A stretch of DNA of 64,000 nucleotides from Octopus vulgaris (lineage: Eukaryota), in the NCBI GenBank assembly GCA_951406725.2, contig OX597821.1:105648001-105712000 (forward strand), read 5' to 3'. Under the pieces are notes generated by a model. That model searched no databases and was not told the origin of the DNA. It worked only from the letters and a program-made list of their open reading frames with translations. A program made the translations under genes and the position numbers. Below, piece after piece: positions 43,574-59,400 of this stretch. How positions within the stretch are numbered: position 1 is the stretch's first letter; every line of letters starts with the position of its first letter.

Positions 43574-43989
43574 CGCAGGAGTGGCTGTGTGGTAAGTAGC
43601 TTGTTTACCAACCACATGATTCCGGGTTCAGTCCCACTGCGTGGCATCTTGGGCTAGTGTATTCTGCTATAGCCTCGGGCCGACCAAAGCCTTGTGAGTG
43701 GATTTGGTAGACGAAAACTAGAAGCCTGTCGTATATATGTATATATATATATATGTGTGTGTGTGTACGTTTGTGTGCCTGTGTTTGTCCCCCTAGCATT
43801 GCTTGACAACCGATGCTGGTGTGTTTACGTCCCCGTCACTTAGCGGTTCGGCAAAAAAGACGTATAGAATAAGTACTTGGCTTACAAAAGAATAAGTCCC
43901 GGGGTCGAGTTGCTCGATTAAAGACGGTGCTCCAGCATGGCCGCAGTCAAAATAACTGAAACAAGTAAAAGTGTAAAAGAGAGAGTAAA

Positions 43990-43990
<1 letters not shown>
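43571..43990 (+). mobile_element. Full-length SINE family B
   Basis: Near-identical to 12514-12930. Confidence 0.9.
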
Positions 43991-44054
<64 letters not shown>

Positions 44055-45770
44055 GTATGTGTGAGTGTGAGAGAGAGAGAGATAACAAGAGAGATAGAGA
44101 TAGATAGATAGCCAGAGAGGGAGTGAGAGACGAGAGTTGTTATATACAAGTATACACATACATACTATATGTATAATCAAGATGGTGACATAAACAAAAT
44201 GCGGAATATTGAAATAATGGAACTAGTGATTAAGCTGTCAAGTGTTATTGAATAAAACTTCATTTTGTTGGACACACTATTTTCCATTGTGAAAGGAGTT
44301 TTGAATTACGATAACAAAAATCTCATATCCACAAAGACAATTGCTGTAGAACACACAACACACATACCGTGATAAATGTATTGTAATGTAAATTATCAAG
44401 AAATCGAAAGCCTGTCAAATTTAATTCTTTGTTGACAACTCGAGTAAAGCAATTTAGATTGCCTCATGATCATTAATTTTGGTGGCTGTATATATGTGTA
44501 TACACCCATATATGCATGTAAATATACAGCAAAACACGCACGCCTTCAAAAGTAATCAGATTTCTTAATGATTTTTGTGTTGTACTTTTAAAAATAACAT
44601 AGCGATACATACAAGATAAATACAACTAAAATCACATGTGCCTAAATACACTTTAACATGAATCGCATGAATAAAATAGCATTTTTCAAAAAGATTAATT
44701 CTTAGTTGAATCTATATATATACACATATATACGGAGATATGTTCCTGTTAATGTATTTACTCACGATTGCTTCCTATATATATATGTGTGTGTGTATAC
44801 GTGTGTGTTTATATGTGCATGTGTGTATACACATTAGTATATCCAGCGGACGTGGATTTGATACAGGTAGGGAAGCAACATAGGAATGCATATGGATATA
44901 TCAGTTGCATAGAGGAAAATTGAAAACCTCTTGTTAGACTCTTAACATCCCTAACCAATTATTAATACGAACTTTTGACCCTGATTTGAACCCCACACGC
45001 AAACACAAACGCGAATATATATACATATATAAACTATTATAATTATGCTCCTGCATATGTATATGTGTACATGTACGTATGTGCGTGTAGGTAAACGTAT
45101 AGATATGTGTGTACATGTGTAGGTATGCACATATATATATATATATATGTGTCTACGTGTGTGTGCGTGTTTTGTGTGTGTATATTTTTCTATATACAAA
45201 TAGATGTTTTTTTTTTTATTTACGTATTTTCGTAAAAGTATTTGTTTACTTAATTATCTGAATGCATTTTCTATTTACTTATACTTTCTGTTCAACTATT
45301 GTTTGTTTTATCGTGGGTTAAGTGCTTGCAAAATTTCACTTCTAAAGAAGTAAAAGATCATATATGAAAAAATATCTTATAAATAAATAAAGCAAAACAA
45401 CATATGACCCGTGAAATAAAAAAAGAATAAACAAAAATTATAAGAACATTTCGAAACATAATAGAATATATTCGAAGGATGAAATAGAAAACTGAATAAT
45501 GCTACCAAAATATTGATCGCCTTGAATAGTGCTCTTCAAGTGAATTTTGTTGAATTGAACAGAGGAAAAATGAACATGACACACGTCATGACGAATCCAA
45601 TGAAGGCGTTGTGATAATACTTTCTACTATATTGTATTCGATCTTTTCTTTCTTCCTTGCGTTATACGAGGTTTTTGGCTACTCAAGAATCTGGGAATAT
45701 GGAGCTGTTACAGTTCAATTATCACGCGATGTCTGCTGTTTCTATTGCTAAATTATAGAGGCATCATTCG

Positions 45771-45820
<50 letters not shown>

Positions 45821-45855
45821 TACATATATATAAACATATATACATATATATATAC

Positions 45856-45958
<103 letters not shown>

Positions 45959-48428
45959 TGTATGTATGTATGTATGTATATATGTACTACTAGTGTGTTT
46001 GTGTATAATGTCTTCGATTATATTTAAAATAACTTTGCTAGGTTATATTTAATCAATAGTGGAATGGTGTTTTTTTTATATTATCATGAATGACCTACAT
46101 TAAGCTGTCTGGAAATGTAATAAAACCACTTAAGAAAATTCAGAAATATAGTCTTCTTTATTTCTGATAGGTCCGGGAATGATTAAATTCGAATATAGTT
46201 AATTTTCATTTAAATATACATAGAGATGAACACTGTAGGCAAATGCGTTTCTATCTAATCATTTTGTAATGAAATCAGGGGTGGCTCTAATCTCGGAGAC
46301 GCATATTACTGTCATTGTTTTATTTCCTATTAGCTGAAAGGCAAAGACATCATTCATGATTCTGTTTTATTTTAGTTTCCTTTATTTTTTCATTGGTTTC
46401 ATGTCTGCTAGGTAAATGACATCTGGTTATGAATGGCATATAAAATCACCTATTATTGAAACCGTTGCAGCAAACATTGTTCTTAATTTTGCTATTTAAA
46501 TCTTGTTATACATTGCTTTATAACTTAACTCTTCAAAATTAACAATTCGTATTTACGCCAATTGCTGCTTTTTTCTTATTTAGAAGTTATTTGAATTACT
46601 ATATTGAGTTATTATGATTAATTCTTCCAACAAGAATGAACGATTTCTACAAACTCCAAATAAGAAAAGAATGTGCAAAATATGACATTTCAAAAAATAT
46701 TTCTTATATAATATTCTAATGTCTGCGCCATCCCCTCCGTATGCGAATCTTATGAACACAAATAGTATCAAGGATACAATTGATGCTCACGAGTCCCGAG
46801 AAAGTTAAAATAATTCAAAACTTTACTGTTGTAACAAGATAACCGCCTTTGTAAAATGGGGTGATGGGCAACCAATGTAACGTCTAATATTCATATCTAG
46901 CAAGATATACTAAAATCTCTCCAACGAAATATCTGTTGCTCGTAAAACGAAGCTGGACAACCGACAATAATTTTTTCCTATTCTCTTGATTATTCGTTCA
47001 GTTTACTACGTGTTTCCGTTTATAACTGTTCGACAAATTCCTCAAACATATTTGTAAATTACAAATATACGAAGTAAATGGACGAAGCAAATTCGTCCCA
47101 TCCAAAATTATATTTCTAAATATACATTATTGCTTCATTCGATGACGCATTTAACAAAACCAATTCATATGCAGATTAAACACCTCCTCATGTGACCTTC
47201 CGTAAACTTCTACACTTAAATATTCATTTACATTTCACCTAGACACTGATCACGTTACTTGTTTAACTTAATAATTACTGACCTACACGACTGGTTCTAT
47301 TATCCCTGTTCCTACGATGAAGCAGGATCGCAACCTACTCATTTAAACAGAAGTAGCACCTATCTACAACAATAAAGATATTTTTGATTTCAGCAATCCA
47401 CTGTGAATAATTCATGGACCCTGTATAATTAGAAATACAGATTAAAAGTAACAAAGTATATGTAGGCAATTACTTAAAACCTTTTAAAACATATTTCAAT
47501 GGTTGACGTATGCTAATAATACTGCTTTATGAGATATCATTTCAAATATCAAGTAGATGATAGATCTTGGAGATATTCACATATGGCCGATTATAATCTC
47601 TGTGATTATTAATAAATATGTGGTACGCGCTTTAAATTTACGCAAGATTCCTAGCAGCAACATAGTGGCTGGTCAATTGTCGAACAATACTTTATTTCCA
47701 TAATAATCGCATCAGAATTTGGAATGAATAGCGTTGCCAAGCTTAGACTTTCTTGAAGAAAGGATGTACGATGTGTGTGCTCCGTATGACGGAGAAAATT
47801 GCAGTAGTTGCATGTAAGGATTCCACTGAAAAACAATCCTTAGAGCGTGAACTTTCTAAAGCAATATATCAATTTCCTTTCACGAGGTTTTGTGACTTCA
47901 ATAGTACCTAGAATGCATTGAGATGGTATTTTAGTGGCTTCAATAATTGGGCTCATGAAGATTGTTTAATAAATAGCTAGTATGTTTCGAATCCGTATCG
48001 CAGAAAGCAATCACAAAGCGGTTAGCATACATTGCTTTTCTACAGTGATTGAAGTGATAGTGCAGGTGAGTCTATATTCAAAGAATTGGCTTATGGTTGA
48101 TCACTCAAAATTACATGTATGAAAAGTGAACTATGTGAATGCCAGTTCGCACAGGTTTCTCACCATGAATAAAGTTTGCATTTAATTATGGCTGAATGCT
48201 AAATACTTTTCATGTGACTTTTATATACTCTGTTTGCTTTTACATATTTGAAGCGTCGACCAAATACATAATATAGATAATAGTGACAATAAAGCCAACT
48301 ATTTTATGTCCTATAAATATGTGTTGTTGACATAATGCACAATTATGATATCATCTCCCAAATATGTGGCACGCAGGGAACACTTCAGCTAACTGGAATA
48401 AAACATACAACTCACTTTTTTGAAATCA

Positions 48429-48515
<87 letters not shown>

Positions 48516-48522
48516 GTTATTA

Positions 48523-48577
<55 letters not shown>

Positions 48578-48595
48578 CATGATCATCATCATCAT
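48429..48595. repeat. (TTA)n/(TCA)n microsatellite
   Basis: Direct reading. Confidence 0.97.
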
Positions 48596-48955
48596 ACAGT
48601 AGTTTTATTTTTATAACGTGCTTTCACTTATTTTTATAACGCAGCTCTGTGTGCCTTGGGTATGTGCTGTGATTTGTCGTGATGCTCTGATGGTTACAGT
48701 ATTGAAAGTGTTCTACGTAGGATGTGTGCAGTGCCTAATAGTGCAATTTTCTGTATGTTATATTGTGTTTGAAAGTCCTGGTGTTTTTACTATGTATTTG
48801 TCTGAATATTTTTTATCATGCCTAATGCACCTACTATGATAGGAATTGTTTGTTTTTAGATTCCACATTCTAGTTACCTCTATTTCCAGGTCCTTGTATT
48901 TTGAAAGTTTCTCCATTTCTTTTAGAGACACGTTGTCATCTGCTAGTATTGATAG
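48596..48955 (-). mobile_element. R4/Dong-like LINE 3' fragment inserted in (TAA)n
   Basis: DDNVSLKEMEKLSKYKDLEIEVTRMWNLKT..IPIIVGALG (RLE C-terminus); (TAA)n on both sides. Confidence 0.85.
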
Positions 48956-48972
48956 ATTATTATTATTATTAA

Positions 48973-49021
<49 letters not shown>

Positions 49022-50195
49022 GGTATTCATGCGGCTCAAATTTGAAAACCCATCTTATAAGATTACATTGAAAACAAATTCAATCTGAGATTGAGTTCCG
49101 AGACTAAAACAATTGCACAGTCACTCTAGTCCTTTACACCCATAAAGTGTTGTATCCATTTTCATATTATTAAATATCAAAGAATTTCTTCGTACCTCTC
49201 CGATAAAGGCATCGATTAAATTGTATGTATTAAAAAAGAAAACAAACAACAGCATAAGTAATTCACTGTTGTTGATCTATACTTCAATTGTGGTTGGACT
49301 GTTGTTTTTCTTTCGCTGAAACTACAAATTGACTTATATATTTAATAACATTAAAGGGACATTGGCTAAAATGCTATTTTTTTTTGTTTTTTGTTATTCT
49401 TAGCAAACACTTTCAAACAATAACGAAATAAAATAATAGGATGAAAGAAAATAGAATGACAAAAATACAACTATAAACGTGATGACCAATAAATGATTGA
49501 AGAGAAAATAAATATAAAACCTATTGTATTTTTCTAAAAATCGCAGACACAAAAACAAAATGAGTGTATGTATATACACATATATTTTTTATCGATTGAA
49601 AAGCATTTAAAAGCCCTTTGATATTTTCATACATAAATACAAACTCAAACACAACATGTTTATATACGTGTATGTAAGTATATGTATGTGTTTGTACAAG
49701 TGCGTATTTGTATGGTAATGTTTCACTTTACATATAATTGTATCTGATTTTCTCTGAATTGTTATGGAACAGTAATATTTTACTCAAATACTAAGACTAT
49801 ATTTATATTCCTACATATACAGAGCACACAAACGCACACTCGGGTATACATTTTTTTCTCTCATTGGCCCTCGTAAAGTTCCCTTTACGCTTTCGTAATT
49901 TCACTAATGGACCACAATTTGTATAATTCGTTATTTTCAATTGTGCTTCTCTTTTGTCTTTATTGCGTATATATTTTCCGATAAGAAGTATTCTTTGAAG
50001 AGTAACGACTGACAATTACTACATAGGTATTTGGTTTGTCACAAACAAGAGACTTATAATATATTTGGTCATATAATCTTCCTATGGCGTACAAATTTAC
50101 ATTTTATGTACAAAACATTAGCCGCAACACATTTCACGTGCATCAAATATACGTTTATGCATACAAACCTATTTACGCACAAATATGTAAACATA

Positions 50196-50269
<74 letters not shown>

Positions 50270-50324
50270 AATATATATATATATTTATATACATACATAT
50301 ATATACATACATATACATATATAC

Positions 50325-50442
<118 letters not shown>

Positions 50443-50838
50443 ATCTATTAATCTATCGATATAGAAATATATGTGTGTGTGTACGTGCATGAGTGTGTGT
50501 GTATGTGTGTTTCTCTTGGAAACACTGCCAGCTCAGGTGTATGAAGTGAATGTAGTACATTTACACACACACTTGTTTATTGAAACGCTATAACCAATGC
50601 CAAACTCTTTAGTATTATTTATTACTTATGCCCGAATCAATTTGCAAATATGACATCCATATGAATATTTTGCGTTTCGAATATATATTACAAGCAGTAA
50701 AATACTATGATTTAATGAAATAGTATTTTCGAAATGCAACATATTGGGAATTACAAATAGCTTTTGATTCGGTACCAATCTTTCTGGTCCTACTGGTTCA
50801 TCTACATATTTCAAGTTTCTAAATATATATTATGTAGG

Positions 50839-51057
50839 AAGGCGATCAACTGGAACAATCGTTCCCGCTCTTGGCAAAATGTGAAGCTGCAGTCATCCGT
50901 CATTACGTTCGGCATTCCAATTCCATCGAGGTCGACTTTGCCTTCCGTTCCCCTCGGGGTCGATGAAATAAGTACCATTTGAGCACTGGGTCCGATGTTA
51001 TCAACTTACTCCTCCCCTCAGGAGCGCTGGCCTTCTGCTAAAATTTGAAACCAGTAT
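50839..51057 (+). mobile_element. SINE family A, decayed
   Basis: gaggtcgactttgccttcc..cctcggggtcgatgaaataagtacca core; tail aaaatttgaaacc. Confidence 0.75.
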
Positions 51058-51075
51058 TTGCTATGTAATAAACCC

Positions 51076-51116
<41 letters not shown>

Positions 51117-51335
51117 TACTCTTTACACTATTACTCTTTTACTTGTTACAGTCATTTCATGCAGCCATGCTGGAGCACCGTCTTTTATCGAGGCAACTCG
51201 ACCCCGGGACTTATTCTTTCGTAAGCCCAGTACTTATTCTATCGGTCTCTTTTGCCGAACCGCTAAGTAACGGGGACATAAGCACACCAGCATCGGTTGT
51301 CAAGCAATGCAAGGGGGACAGACACAGACACACAA

Positions 51336-51373
<38 letters not shown>

Positions 51374-51544
51374 ATATATACGACGGGCTTCTTTCAGTTT
51401 TCGTCTACCAAATCCACTCACAAGGATCTGGTCGACCCGAGGCTATAGCAGAAGACACTTGCTGAAGGTGCCACGCAGTGGGACTGAACCCGGAACCATG
51501 TGGTTGGTAAACAAGCTACTTACCACACAGCCAGTCCTGCGCCT
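51117..51544 (-). mobile_element. Full-length SINE family B
   Basis: Reverse complement of the family B sequence from head (aggcgcagga) to tail (gtaaaagag). Confidence 0.9.
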
Positions 51545-51606
51545 ATATATATTATATCTCTCTATATATATATGTATATATATATGTATATATATGTATA
51601 AAAATG

Positions 51607-51675
<69 letters not shown>

Positions 51676-53646
51676 ATATACATATATAGGCATGTAGATA
51701 CGTTCAAACAAGTTGATAGAAATGTTTCCTCTGCTGTTCGCTTTATTTGGTTATTTGGCGCTTTTTAAAAATCTATTCGTCTAGACGAGAATATTTCACA
51801 AGTCGACTACCGCAGTATTGTGGCTTTCTATCAGTATATCCAGGTTAAGGAAATTATACAGATTGCTTATGTATGTGCGTGTACCCGTGTGCCTCTATGT
51901 TGGGTTATATTTGTGTGTGCATATGTGTGTTCGCTTTGTGTGTGAAAAATATCCCCGCAACCTGGATATATATTATTCGGTGTAAGTGAGGAGCAAATAG
52001 TAAAAGATAACAATAAAACACACCAGATTACGATGTTAAATACAATTGATGACTGTGTAGCATGATTCTATGATATATCATATAAAGTGTATATTCTATT
52101 ATCTTACGTTCCGCTTCCATAAGCAACAAATTTGTTTCTTATAACAACTGAAGTAACCAGGCGGTGTTGTTAAAGCAATATCACTGCTCTGATCACCGAG
52201 CGCATTGCCATCCGATACGGGTATTAGACAAAAAGTGATTGAGGCAATGAGACGCACAGAAACGAACGGAATTAATTTTACTCGGTTATGCTGTATTTAC
52301 AGTATTCAACACAAGATGTGGATTCGATATGTAGGAACTCGATGATAACCTAATCTTGTATGCCTCAGCTTGTTCAAAGGAAGGAGGGCTACTCACTGTA
52401 TATGCTCAGCGAATAATTATAAATACGATTATAAATACGAATTACTTAACAGGGCTGCGACATGCGCGAAATGAGAAGAAAGAAACAGAAAACCGCTTTG
52501 CTTTGTTTGTCTGTATGTGTGTATAATTATATATAGAGAGAGCCTACACGTTATTTTACAAAATTGAAGTCGAGCAGTGTTAGCCAATGGAACCAACTCT
52601 AAGGAAACAGAAATAGTGAATGGGTTAAAGAGGACACTGTCTTATGGCCATCGTTATTTATAATGGCCATCACGAAAATACCTAAGCTGCTCAGATAGTC
52701 AAACAATACGTAGGTCTCTCAGAGAATAAAGGACACTTGAGAGATGTGCATCTGTAACAGGAGCTTTAAGTTGTTTGTTTGTCGCAACCCTGTTATTTAC
52801 TTCTTCATTCTTAAACATCTCCATGTCAATATGGTTACATATTGATAATTTGTGATTCTAAACTAAATTATCAAGAGCACAGTTGGAGATTATTCATATA
52901 TATTTTTGCATATATAACTGCATTATTAACAGAACGTTTATGAAATCTAAATTACAATGAAACAATTATAAATGCATTTAATATAATGACTTTCTAAATT
53001 CTTGTTCCTCGTTTGTATTTGAACAATGAGCAGGATGCTAGTGGCTTAACAATTATATATTCATCAAAGCAAGCCTCTTTCTGATTACGGTCTGTCTGTG
53101 TGTTTACATATATAGATGACCTTACAATGGTAAATACGATACATATTAACATATTATATATGTATACTGGATGACAACGTGAAGCAGTGATGTATATATA
53201 AAAAAAAATTTGAAGGATTCAAATATACTTTGAATATATTGGAAAACGTAAGAAACCCATTTGCATCATTTAGGGTATTTTTGCATGGAAACCTCAGCAT
53301 AGTTCGTCCTTTGAGTTTGGTACCCTGAAACAAATGACAGTATAGAAATTATTTGGGAAAACTGTCCAAGCGATCTTAATCTCTTTTTTGCTCAAAATAA
53401 ATATCAGACTCGGAAGTGCTGCTTGTTTCGAGACGTCTGTGCACAAAGTCTAAAGGTTTTTTTGAGATACGAGGCATGTTTCAAAACATGCCGTGCTAAT
53501 AGCTTCTGTTTATGAAGCTAATTAGTGACTCATAATCTATAAACTATGCACATAAATTAATAGTACCCTCTCACCGAATGGAGTATTTGTGTTGTCGTAC
53601 TCTAACGGAGAATTAAATTAGATTATATATGTATATATATATATAT

Positions 53647-53699
<53 letters not shown>

Positions 53700-53725
53700 T
53701 ATACATATATACATGCATATATATG

Positions 53726-53780
<55 letters not shown>

Positions 53781-54438
53781 ATGCTTATTTATATATTTAT
53801 ACATATAGGTACACTGGCATCCACGCATATATACATATTAGATTATACGTTTTACGCGAACAAATTCGTACTACCGATTATATATATTCGATACATAAAA
53901 TCGATAACGGCACAAGATCTAAAGCAAAAAGTTATGCCACTTAAAATATCTTTTGACAGCAATGATTCTAGAGAAATAGGGCGAGCTTCACAAACAAATT
54001 GAATAGAATGTAACACAAAAAACTCTTCTTTATGTTGATTCTTTTTAAATCTTTTGTTAAAATTGCACACTACATAAATAATCTCGTGTTGAATAAAATC
54101 AAACAACTGGTTAATACTTTTTGAAGGGAATTCATTTTGAATTACTCAGAACTACATTTAAAATATTTAGAAATGTAAGGTCAATGAAGACAGAAAGAAA
54201 TACAATGTTAAATTTAAAGTAAAAGAAAAAAAAAATATATATATATATATATTTAGATATACACCAACATATAGACAATAACAAATATAATTCTTAGACA
54301 CATATAAAACTCCATTTTGTTGTTTCTATCTATCAATCATTTTGTCTATAATTTTGGCACTCTGTCTCTTTTATTATTGTATTTATATATGTTTATCTAT
54401 TACGCTATACAATTCTATGTTCCACACTGCAACTGTTC

Positions 54439-54506
<68 letters not shown>

Positions 54507-54519
54507 TTATGCACGCGCG

Positions 54520-54568
<49 letters not shown>

Positions 54569-54584
54569 TTTTCTTTTGCAATTT

Positions 54585-54955
54585 TTTTTCTTTTAGGTGT
54601 TTCAGTCATTTGATTGTGGCCATGCTGGAACATTGTCTGTAGTCGATTAAATCAACATCATGACTTATGCTTTGTAAAACTAGTACTCGTCCTATCGACT
54701 CTTTAGCCCAACCAGTAGGTTACGGCGACATAAGCACACCAACATCGGCTGTCAAGCGATTATGGGGACAAAAACAGAAACACAAACATATATATGTATA
54801 TATTTATATATGTATATGTATATACATGCATATATATATATATGTACATATAAGTATATATATATATGTATGTATATGTATATATATGTATATATATATA
54901 TATATATATACGTGTATATATATATATATATATTTGTATATACGTGTGTATATAC

Positions 54956-55015
<60 letters not shown>

Positions 55016-55140
55016 GTATGTATATATAAGACGGTCTTCTTTCAGCTTCCGTCTACCAAATCCACTTACAAGTCTTTGGTCGGCCCGAACCTATAGTAGA
55101 AGACACTTGCCCAAGTTGCCGCGCATTGGGACTGATCCCT
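54585..55140 (-). mobile_element. SINE family B with expanded internal microsatellite
   Basis: Tail gtttcagtcatttgattgtggccatgctgg and body ttcagcttccgtctaccaaatccac, both in reverse orientation. Confidence 0.8.
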
Positions 55141-55175
55141 GGAGAATCGTTTTTAAGCAAAATACTTACCACTAC

Positions 55176-55248
<73 letters not shown>

Positions 55249-55554
55249 ATTCATGTATACCTAGAAACATATATAAGCACATAACTATATGTATGCTCGT
55301 ATCCATCTATACGTTTTGACAAGCATGAACACATACATACAGAGAATTATTTCATATGTCATATAGTGACATACATATTAAAATAATTAGCTTTAAATTA
55401 AAAGATGGTAATTGAAATATTGACATTCAGACTGCTCAACAACTGTCAGCTTCAGCTATTATGTTAAAATCATATTCCGTATATGTGTATGTGTACACGT
55501 GAGATATATATACATTTTTCTCCTTTTTCAAATATACATGGATCTATCTATGTA

Positions 55555-55638
<84 letters not shown>

Positions 55639-55689
55639 TTTGTATAATATATACATATAAATTCATAGATATATATACATGTATACAAC

Positions 55690-55734
<45 letters not shown>

Positions 55735-55894
55735 CATATATATATATATACATACATGTATACATACATATATACATACATATATACATACATACATACA
55801 TACATACATCCACATACAACATATATATATATATATATGTATATGTATATGCAGACACCTTAATAGGGAAAATTATAACTCTGGTGCACTTAAT

Positions 55895-56070
55895 GAAAAG
55901 TGCACAAGAAATGATTTATGGTATATCGTCTGTCGCTGCGTTCTTTGTTTCAATCCCTGCGAGTTCGTTACATTCTTTCGGATTCGGTTAAATAAGTGTC
56001 CTTTACACTTTGGGGTCAATGAAATCGACCTCCTCCCCTAGGATTCCTTTGGGGCAAACATTTTAAATCA
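55895..56070 (+). mobile_element. SINE family A, strongly decayed
   Basis: cattctttcggattcggttaaataagt..tggggtcaatgaaatcgac. Confidence 0.45.
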
Positions 56071-56074
56071 TCTT

Positions 56075-58400
56075 TATTGTTATTATTTTGTTTTACTTCT
56101 CAAATCTTTCCGTTTTGTTTGTTCTGGATAATTCTGTGGTGTTATGGGATATCTCTGTGCCCATTATCAACTTTGATACTCGACTGTTGATTATCATGGG
56201 AGACATTCGACATCTAAGAACCAATCTCAAATGCTTACCTATCCACATCACAGTGGATTTTTGGGCTTTCTCTGCTCTCATGTCAGATCCGATTTCTCTC
56301 GACATATTTCCCGAAATTAGTTCTTAGTTCTTCTAGTGTTCCTACAACTACTGGCTTGACATACACTCTTCTCATAGTCCTCATTCGTGCAATTTCCTTT
56401 TTTTTTTTTGTAATGTCTGGTTTTCTATATTTCCTTGTTCTTTGTCACTTACAAGTGCATTGAATTATCTTTGTTTTCGGTTTCCTTTTATTTGTTTTTC
56501 TATCTCAACAATATCTGGTCACCGAGCCTCGATTAGGGAATCACATTTGATTGTAAAATCCCACAGTATCATATGTTCCTTGTTCTCGTTGACTCCTTCT
56601 GGTTCATGTTTGTACCATTTGCGTGCTCTGTTCAGGCCGTACTTTTCACATAGCGAACTTAACCACGTAATCGTGCCTCCTTTTGTAGTGCGTTTGAGTC
56701 AGATTGCTACACTAAGAATGCGTTACTGCTGCCACGCATCCTGCAATTGGACGATTCGCTATTCTTATCTATTCGGAACTTGGTGCAATTAGTTTTAAGT
56801 GCTTGTTCCTGGATCCTGCACACCAATGCCTCAGTGCAACCTTGTAGATCAGTTTTTGTTAGCTGTCTCCAAGTTTTGATCTTGTCATTTCCTTCTCTTT
56901 GTCTGAGATATTGCCCATGCAGTGCTTTCATTTTCCAGTAGTTTACTCTTTCTTCTTTTCCTTGTTTCTTAAATGTTTTGGGGTGCATCGTATTTTCGTT
57001 TAGTATTATAATGTTAATTCTTACAGCGGCAAGCAATGATTCACCCTCCTGTTTCATGTACCATCCCAGAATATTCTCGTTGACAACACAGATTTTGCAT
57101 CCTATGAGACCTCTTTCACCCCTGTTTCTGGACACATACATTCTGTATCGATTTTAGGGTGCAGTGCCTTGTTAATTGTCATCATACTCCTAGTTTTCCT
57201 GTCTATTTCAGCAAGCTCGCATTAAGCCATATAGCATTAAGGAAATAGCCAATGTGTTAATTGCTCTGATTTTACTTTTTACATCGAGTCTACTTCCTAT
57301 AATTAACTGGGTTCTTCTGAGATATCCTCGTCTAAAGCTTTCTTTCATTTCATTTTCCTTGATTTTGTCGTATTTTAAAATCTCCATATATCAATTAATG
57401 TCAATATCCTTGAGTTTGTCGTCGTTGGGCAGCACAACACTATCAGACGACACTATTTTGCCTCTTTGTATTTAAGCATAGCACAATTTTTAGTCCGTAA
57501 TTCCATTCCGATATCCTTGCTGAATATCTGCACTGTTCAAAATCGGTAATTTATTTTCCGTTCGGTCCTTGCAAAGCTCTTGTTATCATCCATATATTAC
57601 AGGTGATTTAATTTTCCTCCACTTGTCAAGTTGTATCCCGATGTCACTTCCCGTAGCATCTATGCGAGGGATATTATATAAATCACAAACAGCAATGGTG
57701 ATAGGCTATCTCCTTGAAATATTCCTCTCTTTATGTTAACCGGCACCAAAAATTTTTGACCTGAGGTTAGCTCTGCATTCCAGCTTTTCATTGATCTCCT
57801 AGAAAAAAATGATGTTAGCAGACACTGTTACCAGCTCAAGATTTTCTACACCCTTTTGTTCCACTGTCAATTTGTCGTTCATTTCCAGGACGTTATACAG
57901 CTAATTAGATATTATTCCTCTCATGAGCTTCCACATTAAAGGTAGGCAGGTGATACGCTGGTAATTATCCACCGCATTGCCTTTGCTGCGATACTTTTGA
58001 CAAAGTATTGTTTTACTTTTGGTCAGCCACTTTAGGATTTGTACACCTTTGTTGATCTTTTTATCAGTTTGCGTGGATATTATTGTGTAGTGCTGAGGGC
58101 TTTTTCACCCAAAATCCTTGTATTCAATTTGGACCTGGCCATTTCCAGACTGGCATCTTTGTTCGGTTAATATTTCAATCTTTATAATATCTTTGTTATA
58201 CTTTCTTACATTAACCCAGATGTTACTCTATCATCTACTACTTCCTTCATCGTCTTGTCTCTCACTGCTGTTAAACTCTCCATTCAGTTCTCGATAAACA
58301 CTTTTTTGGTCTTCTTGGAACGATCTGGTGATTTTATATTGTTTAAGTCTTTGATCATGTCCCTTGATATTTGTCGCTTTATTCTACAACCTTTGTTTGA
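56075..58400 (-). mobile_element. Decayed R4/Dong-like RLE LINE (RT, zinc knuckle, RLE)
   Basis: RGIFQGDSLSPLLFV, YMDD, YVSRNRGERGL, WKMKALHGQY, QEQALKTN, ILWDF, PDIV. TAA-rich tail at ~56075-56090. Confidence 0.85.
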
Positions 58401-59247
58401 GCTCAAGAAGTGCATATAGCCCTATTTTCTTTATCCTATATCTACATTCTGCTCCTGATATGTCTCCTCTATATATCAAATACACGAACACTATATACAA
58501 GAAACTATGTATCAAATACATGAACATATACACTGACTTTACAGAAAGACACACATTCCTCTAATATTCACACGGACACAGACCTGTGCGTATTACTGGT
58601 GTAGGTAATCACTATAAGCTATAATCATTTCATTTATTGGTCAGTTGCACACGATCATAAAGGGACACACACAGAGTCCAATATAACAACCAGAAATATT
58701 TCTTTATTATCACAACCAAAGGTACGTCGAAATGTACCTGTAATTGAACTGTAAACAGATCCACGCAAATAAACTGAGATACAGACTTCTAAAATCATAG
58801 CACAAGATACAAAAACAGCACATAAACAAAAATGCTTTTTTATAGTTCTCAAACATAGTACACACACGTACATGGATACATACTCACACGGACTCACACA
58901 CTCGTGCACCAAGAAATCTCAAACATGCGTGCCCTAATCAATCTCTTTCTAAGTAACACCCGTTTTAGTCTACCCATTATTTCCGTTCATGCAGCGGTTA
59001 AACATCATTCTAAAACAAGATGATTTTTTGAGCTTAGATTTTCTCCGTTCTTTGTATTCTTTGTCACTTTCTCCTTTCGAGTTTTTTTATTATCTATTTT
59101 ACCAGCATCTGGAGATGGATAATGACCATACAGCGCAACCATTAACGCTTTCTCTAGCCACGTGCGTCCACTAATAAGATTCATTGGAAATTTATCAGCT
59201 TGCAAAAGTTTTTGATCTTTCATCTTGACTTGTTATTATTGGCCATA

Positions 59248-59251
59248 TGTG

Positions 59252-59283
<32 letters not shown>

Positions 59284-59400
59284 TGTATGTATGTATGTAT
59301 GTATATATGTATGTATGTATATATGTATGTATGTATATATATATATATATGTATGTATGTATATATGTATGTACGTATGTATATATGTATATACATATAC
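59248..59400. repeat. (TATG)n repeat
   Basis: Direct reading. Confidence 0.95.

Noticed and set aside
55555-55632. (TC)n(TA)n(GA)n hairpin
   Set aside because: Self-complementarity arises from simple repeats alone; no evidence of function.
58900-59225. Possible RTE-like C-terminal remnant (YGH..GRLKR)
   Set aside because: Similarity is too weak to call without a profile search.
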